Shown here piece by piece: positions 48,353-56,939 of a stretch of 64,000 bases of DNA. The position numbers were made by a program, and so were the translations under genes. A model generated the notes under the pieces. It was given only the letters and a program-made list of their open reading frames with translations. It did no database searches and had not been told where the DNA came from. Position 1 is the first letter of the stretch. Each line of letters opens with the position of its first letter. Source of the stretch: an uncultured Gemmatimonadales bacterium (lineage in GTDB: Bacteria; Gemmatimonadota; Gemmatimonadetes; Longimicrobiales; RSA9); contig CAWAMW010000002.1 of NCBI GenBank assembly GCA_963783305.1, positions 640,001-704,000 of the forward strand. Direction: 5' to 3'.

Positions 48353-49507
48353 ATGAATATCGAGCGTCCGGCCCTCACAATGCTGAGTGAGGAAGAGAAC
48401 ATGTTCCGCGACATGGTGCGCCAGTTCGCGGAAGAGCAGATCGCGCCCATGGTCATGGACATGGATCGGGCAGCGAAAATGGATCGCGGGCTGATCGACA
48501 CCCTGTTCGAGCTCGGCCTGATGGGCATCGAGATCCCCGAGGAGCACGGTGGCGTCGGTGCCTCGTTCTTCACGTCCGTGCTGGTGGTCGAAGAGCTTTC
48601 CCGCATCGACCCGTCCGTCGCCGTGCTGGTGGACGTGCAGAATACGCTCGTCGACACCTGCATCAAGCGCTACGGGAACGAGGACCAGAAGGAGCGATTC
48701 CTCCCGCGACTGGCGCGCGACACCGTGGGGGCGTACGCCCTCTCGGAGGCCGGCTCCGGGTCGGACGCGTTCGCGCTGGCCACGCGCGCGCACCAGGATG
48801 GAGCCGACTGGATTCTGGACGGCGCCAAGCTCTGGATCACGAACGGCGACGAGGCGGGCGTATTCATCGTTTTCGCCAACACGGACCCGGACGCCGGGTA
48901 CAAGGGCATCACCGCTTTCCTGGTGGAGCGCGGCGCGGACGGCTTCACCGTGGGCAAGAAAGAAGACAAGCTCGGTATCCGTGCGTCTTCCACGGTGGAG
49001 CTGAGCTTCGATAGCTGCAGGGTCGCGGCCGCCGACGTCGTGGGGGAAGTCGGGAAGGGCTACAAGATCGCCATCGAGCAGCTGAACGAGGGCCGGATCG
49101 GAATCGGCGCTCAGATGGTGGGGCTGGCGCAGGGAGCGCTGGACCACACGCTACGGTACGTGCAGGAGCGGGAGCAGTTCGGTCGGCCCATTGGCCAGTT
49201 CCAGGGGGTGCAGTTCCAGCTCGCGGAGATGCGGACCCAACTCGAGGCCGCCCGCCTCCTCGTCTACAACGCCGCCCGCCTCAAGGAGGCCGGCCGCCCC
49301 TTCCTGGAGGCCGCCGCCATGGCCAAGCTCCATTCCTCGGAGACCGCCCAGAAGATTGCTTCCACCTGCGTCGACCTATACGGCGGCTACGGCTTCACCA
49401 AGGAATACCCCGTCGAGAAACTCTACCGCGATGCCAAGGTCGGCACGATCTACGAGGGAACCAGCAACATGCAGAAGCAGACGATCGCGAAGCTGATGCT
49501 GCGGTAG
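48353..49507 (+). CDS. Acyl-CoA dehydrogenase (short/branched-chain type)
   Basis: YALSEAGSGSDA, GAKLWITN, KLGIRASST, REQFGRPI, YRDAKVGTIYEGT. Confidence 0.93.
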   Translation: MNIERPALTMLSEEENMFRDMVRQFAEEQIAPMVMDMDRAAKMDRGLIDTLFELGLMGIEIPEEHGGVGASFFTSVLVVEELSRIDPSVAVLVDVQNTLVDTCIKRYGNEDQKERFLPRLARDTVGAYALSEAGSGSDAFALATRAHQDGADWILDGAKLWITNGDEAGVFIVFANTDPDAGYKGITAFLVERGADGFTVGKKEDKLGIRASSTVELSFDSCRVAAADVVGEVGKGYKIAIEQLNEGRIGIGAQMVGLAQGALDHTLRYVQEREQFGRPIGQFQGVQFQLAEMRTQLEAARLLVYNAARLKEAGRPFLEAAAMAKLHSSETAQKIASTCVDLYGGYGFTKEYPVEKLYRDAKVGTIYEGTSNMQKQTIAKLMLR

Positions 49508-49561
49508 GGGTCGACCCGCGGCCGACCCGGAGGGCTCGCCCCTCGGCCTCGCGGGGTGCGC

Positions 49562-51334
49562 TCACTTCGTTCGCGCGGAGAGCGCGCCCGAGGCGCGCGG
49601 GGCAAGCGCGGGCGGGACCCGCAGGTGGAAGTCCGTGGCATCCTGATAGGCAGCGGCGAGGCGCAGGGCGGCGGCATCGTTCCAGAGTGCGCCAACGAAG
49701 GAAATGCTCGTGGGATGGCCGTCGATGAATCCGGCGGGCACCACCGCGGTGGGGTGGCCGGTGAGGTTCGTGGTGAGCAGGACGCTGCCGGCGAAGCTCG
49801 GCGTGATGAAGACGTCGATGTCCGCCATGGTCTTCTCCATCTCGGCCATGAGCATGCTCCGGATGCGGCTCGCCTGGATGTACTCCACGGCGGGGATGAG
49901 GCGGGCCTCCCGGAAGGAGTTGGGCCAGGACCAGGATTCCTGCGCCACCAGGAGATCGTCACGGCCGCTGCGGGTCAGGTCGTCGAACGCCGCGGCGGAC
50001 TCGGCGCTCAGGATGATGCGCAGGGCGCTCGTCGGGAGGTCGTCGGGGAGCTCGACGGGGACGGGTTCCACTCCGAGGCTCCGCACCGACTCCAGCGCGG
50101 CGTTCTCGAGCTCGATCTGTCGCCGCGCCCGGTCCCGGTCCTCCTCTTCGGAGCCCCAGGGCTCCCGCTCGAACCCGCTCTTCAGATACCCCACCCGGAG
50201 CTCGCTCAAGGGGCGCGATCGATCGTAGCGGAACGGGACGCTCCGGGCGGTGGGGTCCCGCCCATCGGCGCCATGAATGGCAGCGAACACCAGTGCGCAG
50301 TCATCGGCGCTGCGGCAGAGCGGCCCGATCTTGTCCATGCTCCAGGACAGCGCCATGGCGCCGTGCCGACTCACTCGGCCGAAGGTGGGACGCAGTGCGC
50401 TCGCGCCCGTGCGCGTGGCCGGCGAGACTATGGAGCCCAGCGTCTCGGTACCGATGCCGAACCCCACCAGCCCGCCCACGGTTGCGGCGGCGGATCCGGC
50501 GGAGGAGCCGCTCGACCCCTGCTCCAGGTCCCACGGGTTGCGGGTCTTTCCGCCGAACCAGACGTCGCCCATGGCGAGCGCCCCCAGCGACAGCTTGGCC
50601 ACGAGTACCGCACCCGCCTCTTCCAGGCGCCGCACCACGGTCGCGTCTCCAGCGATCACCTGGTGCTCGTACGGCTTCGCGCCCCACGTGGTCGGATAGC
50701 CTTCCACCGCCAGCAGGTCCTTCGCTCCCCACGGTATGCCGTGCAGCGGTCCGCGGTACACGCCGGCTGAGAGCTCTGCGTCGGCCCGGCGCGCCTGGCG
50801 AATCGCGAGCTCGTCGGTGAGCGTGATGACCGCTTCCAGGCGGCCGCCGTGGCGACGCAGACGGTCGAGATACATCTCCGTCAGCTCCTCGGATGTGACC
50901 TGCCGCGTCCGCACCAGCTCCGACAGCTTCGTCACCGGCCAGAACGCCGCCCCCTCCAGATCCCGCGGCCTCCGCACAGTCTCCGGCCGGGCGACTCGCA
51001 CGTCCGCGACGCGCTCCAGCTCGTGCGCACCTGCGTCCAGCGCGGGGCGGTGCGGCAGGCGTGGATCGAACTGGGCGGCCGGCGACACGTGATTCGGGAT
51101 CGTCACGGCGCGGATCGCCTCGTACGACTCCAGGTGCTGGTTGAGGCCGCGGACCATCAGCTCCCGCTCCTCGGGCGTGAAGGTGAGGCCGGCCACCGTC
51201 TCCGCGTCCCGGACCACGTCGACGGTGATCGGCTCCTGCGACCCGGCCCGGGCCCACAGCGCGTCCATGAATGCACCACTCAGCCCGAGGGAAGAGAGCT
51301 GAACCATGAACGTACGGCGGTCGAGAGCGGGCAT
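49562..51334 (-). CDS. Amidase signature family protein, Tat-like N-terminus
   Basis: GPLHGIPWGAKD, GSSGSSAGS, IGTETLGSIVSPA (Ser-cisSer-Lys); N-terminal DRRTFM. Confidence 0.9.
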   Translation of the reverse strand: MPALDRRTFMVQLSSLGLSGAFMDALWARAGSQEPITVDVVRDAETVAGLTFTPEERELMVRGLNQHLESYEAIRAVTIPNHVSPAAQFDPRLPHRPALDAGAHELERVADVRVARPETVRRPRDLEGAAFWPVTKLSELVRTRQVTSEELTEMYLDRLRRHGGRLEAVITLTDELAIRQARRADAELSAGVYRGPLHGIPWGAKDLLAVEGYPTTWGAKPYEHQVIAGDATVVRRLEEAGAVLVAKLSLGALAMGDVWFGGKTRNPWDLEQGSSGSSAGSAAATVGGLVGFGIGTETLGSIVSPATRTGASALRPTFGRVSRHGAMALSWSMDKIGPLCRSADDCALVFAAIHGADGRDPTARSVPFRYDRSRPLSELRVGYLKSGFEREPWGSEEEDRDRARRQIELENAALESVRSLGVEPVPVELPDDLPTSALRIILSAESAAAFDDLTRSGRDDLLVAQESWSWPNSFREARLIPAVEYIQASRIRSMLMAEMEKTMADIDVFITPSFAGSVLLTTNLTGHPTAVVPAGFIDGHPTSISFVGALWNDAAALRLAAAYQDATDFHLRVPPALAPRASGALSARTK

Positions 51335-51635
51335 GGCACCGGGTGGGTTGGAGTGTGTAGTGCGGTCGTGGGCGGCGGCGAGCCCCCACCGGTCAACGTG
51401 CTGCACCGCTCCCGGCCCAGCAAGAGGTCCGGCTCCGGCGGGAGCCCTCCGGGTGATTTCAGGATCCGCCGGGTCTGCCCGCGCTGTCCCGCAGAGCTGA
51501 CGGCCGGTTATTTGCCTCAGGATGTTCCGCCGAGGGATCCCTGGCGATGCGGCGCCTGGACAGAGTCGACTACGCGCGCCCCCCAGTCAGCCCCAATCGA
51601 CCCTTAGGTTCCATATAGTTGGAGGCATTGCGCTT

Positions 51636-53525
51636 ATGAGCACGACGGAAGCACCTAAGCGAGAAGTCACGACCCAGACGGTCACGGAGAGGGATGCGCG
51701 GGAAGTGACGGAAGCCGCGCGGGAGAAAGAGTGGGTGAAGCCCAGCTTCGTCCGCGAGCTGTTCCTGGGGAACCTGAGGATGGACCTGATCCACCCCATC
51801 CCGGAGCCTGATCCGGAGGGGCGAGAGCGGGGCGAGAAGTTCATGGAGGAGATGATCGACTTCCTGGAGCGGGAAGTGGACGGTCTCCAGATCGAGAAGG
51901 ATGCGAAGATCCCGGAGCACGTGATGCAGGGGCTTCGGGACCTCAACGCCTTCGCCATGAAGGTTCCACGGGAGTACGGCGGACTGGAGCTCTCGCAGGT
52001 CATGTACGGCCGCGCCGTCGCGACCATCAGCACGTATTCGTCGGCGATCGGCGTGCTCCTCTCGGCACACCAGTCCATTGGTGTGCCGCAGCCCCTCAAG
52101 ATGTTCGGGACCCCGGAGCAGAAGAAGAAGTACCTGCCGCGTTTCGCCGAGGGGCAGGTCTCCGCGTTCGCGCTGACGGAACCGGACGTGGGCTCCGACC
52201 CCGCCCGCATGGAGGCCACCGCCGATCCCACGGAGGACGGGGAAGCCTACATCCTGAATGGTGAGAAGCTCTGGACCACCAACGGCCCCATCGCGGACGT
52301 GATGGTGGTCATGGCGCGCACACCGGCGCCGGAAGGGAAGACCCGTCGGCCCATCAGCGCGTTCATCGTGGAGAACGCGTGGGAGGGGGTCGAGAACCAG
52401 CACCGCCTCGAGTTCATGGGGCTCCGCGGGATCGAGAACGGGCTGATCACGTTCAAGGACGTGCGGGTCCCGAAGGAGAACCTGATCATGGGCGAGGGGA
52501 AGGGTCTGAAGCTGGCGCTCACGACCCTGAACACCGGTCGCCTCACGATCCCCATGACCTGCGCGGCAGCCGGGAAGTGGTGCACGCGCGTGGCCCGCGA
52601 GTTTGCCGCTGAGCGGGTCCAGTGGGGCGCTCCGGTGGGCAAGCACGACGCGGTGGCGCAGATGATCGGTGAGATCGCGTCGCACTCCTTCGCCATGGAT
52701 GCGGTGGCCGAGGTTTCGAGCGCGCTGGCCGATGACGAGAACACCGATATCCGCCTCGAGGCCGCCATGGCCAAGATGTGGAACTCGGAGACCGCGTGGC
52801 GCGTGGCCGACCTCACCATGCAGGTGCGGGGCGGGCGCGGCTACGAGACGGCCGACTCCCTCAAGAAGCGGGGCGAGGCGCCCGTCCCGGTCGAGCAGAT
52901 GATGCGCGACCTGCGGATCAACATGATCTTCGAGGGATCGAGCGAGATCATGAGGCTGTTCATCGCCCGGGAGGCCGTGGACCCGCACCTCCAGAAGGCA
53001 GGCAGGTTCGTCGAGCCGGACGCATCGGTAGGCGAGAAAGCCCGCGACGCGGTGGGCCTCAGCACGCACATGGCCGGCTGGTTCGCCGGGAACGTGGCGG
53101 GTTGGAGTCGATGGCCGCGGCATAGCGACTTCGGGCCGCTCGCCGATCACATCGGGTTCGCCGAGCGCAGTGCACGCAAGCTCGCGCGGACCCTGGCCTA
53201 CGCCATGGGCAGGTACGGCGCCCGTCTCGAGAAGAAGCAGGCGGTCCTGTTCCGGATGGTGGAGGTGGGGGCCGAGCTCTTCGCAATGGGCGCCACGTGC
53301 GCGTTCGCCACGAAGCTCCAGGGCAAGGACGGCCGGGGCAACAAGCCTATCGAAATGGCCGACCTCTTCTGCAAGTACGCGCGACGTCGGATCGATGACC
53401 GGTTCTCCCACATCTTCGACAACGACAATGACGCCACGTACCGGCTTGCCCAGGACGTGCTCGCCGGGAAGCACGCGTGGCTCGAGACCAACATTGCCGA
53501 TCCGCCACAGCCCGACCTCGGCTGA
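51636..53525 (+). CDS. Acyl-CoA dehydrogenase, long (ACAD9/VLCAD-like) form
   Basis: SAHQSIG, FALTEPDVGSD, GEKLWTTNG, LNTGRL, IFEGSSEI; C-terminal extension. Confidence 0.92.
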   Translation: MSTTEAPKREVTTQTVTERDAREVTEAAREKEWVKPSFVRELFLGNLRMDLIHPIPEPDPEGRERGEKFMEEMIDFLEREVDGLQIEKDAKIPEHVMQGLRDLNAFAMKVPREYGGLELSQVMYGRAVATISTYSSAIGVLLSAHQSIGVPQPLKMFGTPEQKKKYLPRFAEGQVSAFALTEPDVGSDPARMEATADPTEDGEAYILNGEKLWTTNGPIADVMVVMARTPAPEGKTRRPISAFIVENAWEGVENQHRLEFMGLRGIENGLITFKDVRVPKENLIMGEGKGLKLALTTLNTGRLTIPMTCAAAGKWCTRVAREFAAERVQWGAPVGKHDAVAQMIGEIASHSFAMDAVAEVSSALADDENTDIRLEAAMAKMWNSETAWRVADLTMQVRGGRGYETADSLKKRGEAPVPVEQMMRDLRINMIFEGSSEIMRLFIAREAVDPHLQKAGRFVEPDASVGEKARDAVGLSTHMAGWFAGNVAGWSRWPRHSDFGPLADHIGFAERSARKLARTLAYAMGRYGARLEKKQAVLFRMVEVGAELFAMGATCAFATKLQGKDGRGNKPIEMADLFCKYARRRIDDRFSHIFDNDNDATYRLAQDVLAGKHAWLETNIADPPQPDLG

Positions 53526-53551
53526 GCGGGCGCTCCTGGCGACAGTGCGAA

Positions 53552-53584
53552 AGAGGGGCTCGGCGATCGGGCCCCTCTCCTTTG
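53552..53584 (+). terminator. Probable intrinsic terminator
   Basis: AGAGGGGCTCG-GCGAT-CGGGCCCCTCT followed by CCTTT. Confidence 0.6.
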
Positions 53585-53607
53585 CGCCTGCGAGCCCTAT
53601 GCGCTCC

Positions 53608-53637
53608 TTGCTTCCGGACGGAGCCGCCGGTTACACT
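53608..53637 (+). promoter_or_regulatory. Putative promoter TTGCTT-N18-TACACT for the AraC-TPR pair
   Basis: Hexamers at 53608-53613 and 53632-53637. Confidence 0.45.
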
Positions 53638-53673
53638 ATCACTTGACTCTTCCCCCCGCGCGCACATGTGCTT

Positions 53674-54456
53674 ATGGCATTGATCGCCGCGTTGCTCCCA
53701 AAGTCGACAGACCGGGCTGCGCTCGGCGCCGCTATCTCGGGCCACACCATGGCGTGGGCCAATGACTGGCGCGACCTCACCCGCGTGGTGAAGCAGGTGC
53801 CAGCGGCCGCCGCCATTGCCGACCTCCATGCGGAGCGTGGCAAGGATGGAGTGCTGAGGATCTATCGGTTCGCCCGGCGCTATCCGCACACTCCCATCCT
53901 CGTGTGGGGCAATCTGGACGGACGCGACCTCTTCCGGCTCGGGAAGGCCGGGGCCACCGAAGTGGTGATCACCGGCGATGGGGCCAACGCGGACCTCTTG
54001 ACCGAGATGCTGCACGAGGCAACCGCAGACCATATCGCCGCGCGCGTCGACCACGAGCTCCGCCCGCACGTCGGCCCGGACGCGCGCGCAGTCGTCCGCA
54101 CTGCCGCCATCGGGATTCCGGAATCAATCCAGGTCCCCGACCTGGCGGACGCCCATGGCCTCTCCGTCTCGACCCTGGAACGGCGCTGTCAGGAATGGGG
54201 GCTCACCACCCCCGGGCGGGTCCTCCTGTGGCTCCGCATCATCTACGGGCTGGACTGGCTCCTGGAGCCTGGCCGCAGCGTGGAGTCCGTGGCCGGTCAA
54301 CTCGGGTATTCCTCCGGCGCGGCCTTCCGCCGGGCCATCAAGGTGACGGTGGGTGGCCAGCCGACACCCCTCCGCAACCCCGACGGTCTGAGGGCCGCCA
54401 TCGAAGGGTTCATGAAGGACTGCCCCGGCGCCGCCTTCACCGAGGAGAGCGCCTGA
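53674..54456 (+). CDS. AraC-family transcriptional regulator with receiver-like N-terminal domain
   Basis: C-terminal double HTH: VPDLADAHGLSVSTLERRC, SVESVAGQLGYSSGAAFRRAIK; N-terminal REC-like AIADL..YPHTPILV..AGATEVV. Confidence 0.8.
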   Translation: MALIAALLPKSTDRAALGAAISGHTMAWANDWRDLTRVVKQVPAAAAIADLHAERGKDGVLRIYRFARRYPHTPILVWGNLDGRDLFRLGKAGATEVVITGDGANADLLTEMLHEATADHIAARVDHELRPHVGPDARAVVRTAAIGIPESIQVPDLADAHGLSVSTLERRCQEWGLTTPGRVLLWLRIIYGLDWLLEPGRSVESVAGQLGYSSGAAFRRAIKVTVGGQPTPLRNPDGLRAAIEGFMKDCPGAAFTEESA

Positions 54457-55736
54457 TGGCCCGCTACGATCGTATCGCCCGAATCGCTCCACCACCCCGC
54501 CAGAGCGCGTACAGCGGCTGGCTCACCCTTCGCGACCTCGAGGGCCGCGAACGAGAGCCGGAGCTCGGTCGGCGGGCTCTGTTGCATTTCCTCGCGATTC
54601 GCCCCATCCGCCGGCTCCTGCTCCGCGGCCTGAACGGACCGCAGCCCGGATCCCTCGACCACCAGATCGACCTGGTCCGGGCACAGCTCGATGAGCTCCC
54701 GCCGGGCGATGCCGCCCGAGACTGGATCAACCGCTACCTCGAGGAGGTGGGGGGACGCTCGCCGGCGGGGCTGGTCCGGGCCACTCTCGACGTCGGGGCG
54801 GCCGCCGAGGCCGGAGGTCACCGCTACGCGGCCGAGGAGTTCTACCGTACCGCCCTCGAGTTCGCCGAGGCGCACGATCTCCCGGACCAGCGCGTGCTCG
54901 GGCTCCGGCACCTCGGCCGGGTACAACGTGACCGGCAGGAGTGGCAGGCGGCCATATCGTCGCTCGAAGAATCAGCGGACCTGGCGGAAAGGGTCGGGGA
55001 TGCGGCGGAATGGGCGCGCAGCATGGAGGCTTTGGCAGCCGTCCATGTCCAGAGCGGGGACGCCGCGACGGGCCGCCGGATCCTCAACGAGGTCTGCGAT
55101 GGCCCCCGGGTCGCCGGAAACAGGCTCGCCAGGGCCGTGGGGCAGGCGGGTCTTTGCGCTCTGGAGCTCGCGGACGGCAACCTGGAGGCGGCCGTCGAGG
55201 CCGGCTGGGAAGCCGCCACGACCCTCACGCCCGATGATGAGATGCGGAATCAGGTGCTGCTCAACATGGCAGCGGCCTTTCGTCGGCTCGGTCTCCCCTC
55301 GGCGGCCGCCTCCTGTTACGAGGTGGTGGTCCGCTGGGCGGCGTGGCCGGAGCACCGGATCGAGGCCACGCTGGAGCAGGCGCTCGTCGCCGCGGACACA
55401 GGGGATGATGAGCGGTTCGAGACGTTCCGCTCCGCCGTCCTGGACGGTCTGGGGCGGGTGGATCGTCCTCTCCAGGCGATGCTCCAACTGGGACTCGGCC
55501 GCGGCGCACTCCTCCTCGGCCGCACGGAGCAGGCGCGGGAGCACCTGCGGGAAGCCATCTCCACGGCGCGCGATATTGGAGGCGATCTGATCCTGCGGCA
55601 GGCGGACGCGCTCCTCGAGGCGCTCGAAGCCGACATCGAGCTTGATTCTCCGGCCATGCGAACGCCCACTGAAGGCGCGAGCCGAATCGCCGTGCGCGTC
55701 ACCGAGCTGGTGGCCGAGGTGCCCGAGCCAGCCTGA
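54456..55736 (+). CDS. Tetratricopeptide-repeat protein
   Basis: Repeated TPR-like helices (AAEEFYRTALE, HLGRVQRDRQEWQAAISSLEES, GLGRGALLLGRTEQAREHLREA); TGATG overlap with the AraC gene. Confidence 0.75.
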   Translation: MARYDRIARIAPPPRQSAYSGWLTLRDLEGREREPELGRRALLHFLAIRPIRRLLLRGLNGPQPGSLDHQIDLVRAQLDELPPGDAARDWINRYLEEVGGRSPAGLVRATLDVGAAAEAGGHRYAAEEFYRTALEFAEAHDLPDQRVLGLRHLGRVQRDRQEWQAAISSLEESADLAERVGDAAEWARSMEALAAVHVQSGDAATGRRILNEVCDGPRVAGNRLARAVGQAGLCALELADGNLEAAVEAGWEAATTLTPDDEMRNQVLLNMAAAFRRLGLPSAAASCYEVVVRWAAWPEHRIEATLEQALVAADTGDDERFETFRSAVLDGLGRVDRPLQAMLQLGLGRGALLLGRTEQAREHLREAISTARDIGGDLILRQADALLEALEADIELDSPAMRTPTEGASRIAVRVTELVAEVPEPA

Positions 55737-55776
55737 GCCCGTGGACCGGCGAAGCCCGGCCTGACGGTCGGACCCT

Positions 55777-55995
55777 CTACTCCATCACTGTACGACGACC
55801 GTCCTTCACCTCTCGGACCCAGCATCGGTAGTCGATGGCGGCGGCGAGCGCCGCCTCTATGCTTCGGACCACGTCCGACTCCCCCACCTCCCGCCGCGCT
55901 CGCTCGACCAGAGTCTGGTCCAGCACGAACGTGTGCGGCCTCCGCCCCTCGGCGGTTCCTCCCTGGTGGTCCAGCACCCCCTCGTAGTGACCCAT
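55777..55995 (-). CDS. Small protein with ribbon-helix-helix / VapB-antitoxin-like pattern
   Basis: HTFVLDQTLVERARREVGESDVVRSIEAALAAAI; GGAGG RBS before ATG 55995. Confidence 0.5.
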   Translation of the reverse strand: MGHYEGVLDHQGGTAEGRRPHTFVLDQTLVERARREVGESDVVRSIEAALAAAIDYRCWVREVKDGRRTVME

Positions 55996-56099
55996 CGACC
56001 CTCCATGGTGCCCGGTCGAGTCACTGGCGCCCGACCACGCCGCATCCTGCACCACCGGATCGGGCGGGTACATGGCCCAATGGGCCGGGGCTGAGCCGC

Positions 56100-56390
56100 C
56101 TAGAAGAGGTCGGGCAGCACCCGCTGCGCGCCGCGCAAGTCCTTTGCTCCATGCCGCACCGCCAGACCCACGCCCGCTCCGAAGAGGAGCGCCGTGCCCC
56201 CGCCCACCACAGGCAGCAGCCACACCACGGGCACCGCGGCTACCGCCCCCGCCATGCCGGCGAGCAGCGGAACGAGCGGCCTCTGTACGGCATCCACGAA
56301 ACGCAGACGCTCCCGCACGAAGCGCCTGATTCTGGCGTATCCAGCACCAATGCCACCGACTGCGGCACCGAAGATCAGTAGTTCGATCAT
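56100..56390 (-). CDS. Small hypothetical membrane protein
   Basis: Hydrophobic segments, RRFVRERLRFVDAV; GGAGG RBS. Confidence 0.65.
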   Translation of the reverse strand: MIELLIFGAAVGGIGAGYARIRRFVRERLRFVDAVQRPLVPLLAGMAGAVAAVPVVWLLPVVGGGTALLFGAGVGLAVRHGAKDLRGAQRVLPDLF

Positions 56391-56479
56391 GTCGTCACCT
56401 CCCGTTGGACAGGACGGAGTCGAGCCCCGGATGGTTTCGCTCCCTTCCGCTTCGGTGTTCGTTGGTGCACTATTCTGCC

Positions 56480-56857
56480 ATGGATAAACGTCAGCAGCTC
56501 GTGGTGGTGGGTGACCGCGTTCTCATCGAGCCCGAAGAAGGCGAGGAGCGGAGCAAGGTGGGACTCTACCTTCCCGCCAGCGCGGTGGACACCCAGGCCG
56601 TCCAGGCGGGGACCATCGTGGCGACGGGCCCCGGCACTCCCATTTCCGCCCCGACGGATCTCGATGAGGAGCCCTGGCGGATTACGGGTGGGGAGCCGCG
56701 CTTCCTGCCGGTCCAGGCGAGGAAGGGCGATTACGCCATCTTCTTCCGACGCGCCGCAGTGGAGATCACCTTCGAGCAGAAGAAGTATCTGGTGGTGCCG
56801 CAGGCGGCGATCCTGGTCCTGCTCAGGGGAACCTCCGAGCCCGAAGAGGGTTGGTAG
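56480..56857 (+). CDS. GroES/Cpn10-family co-chaperonin, atypical long form
   Basis: GDRVLIEP, mobile loop SKVGLYLP, GTIVATGPG, KGD, KYLVV..AIL; insertion PISAPTDLDEEPWR. Confidence 0.82.
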   Translation: MDKRQQLVVVGDRVLIEPEEGEERSKVGLYLPASAVDTQAVQAGTIVATGPGTPISAPTDLDEEPWRITGGEPRFLPVQARKGDYAIFFRRAAVEITFEQKKYLVVPQAAILVLLRGTSEPEEGW

Positions 56858-56939
56858 CACGTGCTCTGATCGGCGGCGAGCGCTGATCCAGGCCCTTCAT
56901 TCGCGGCCCCCGGTGGGGCCGCTTCTGTTAGAGATCGAG

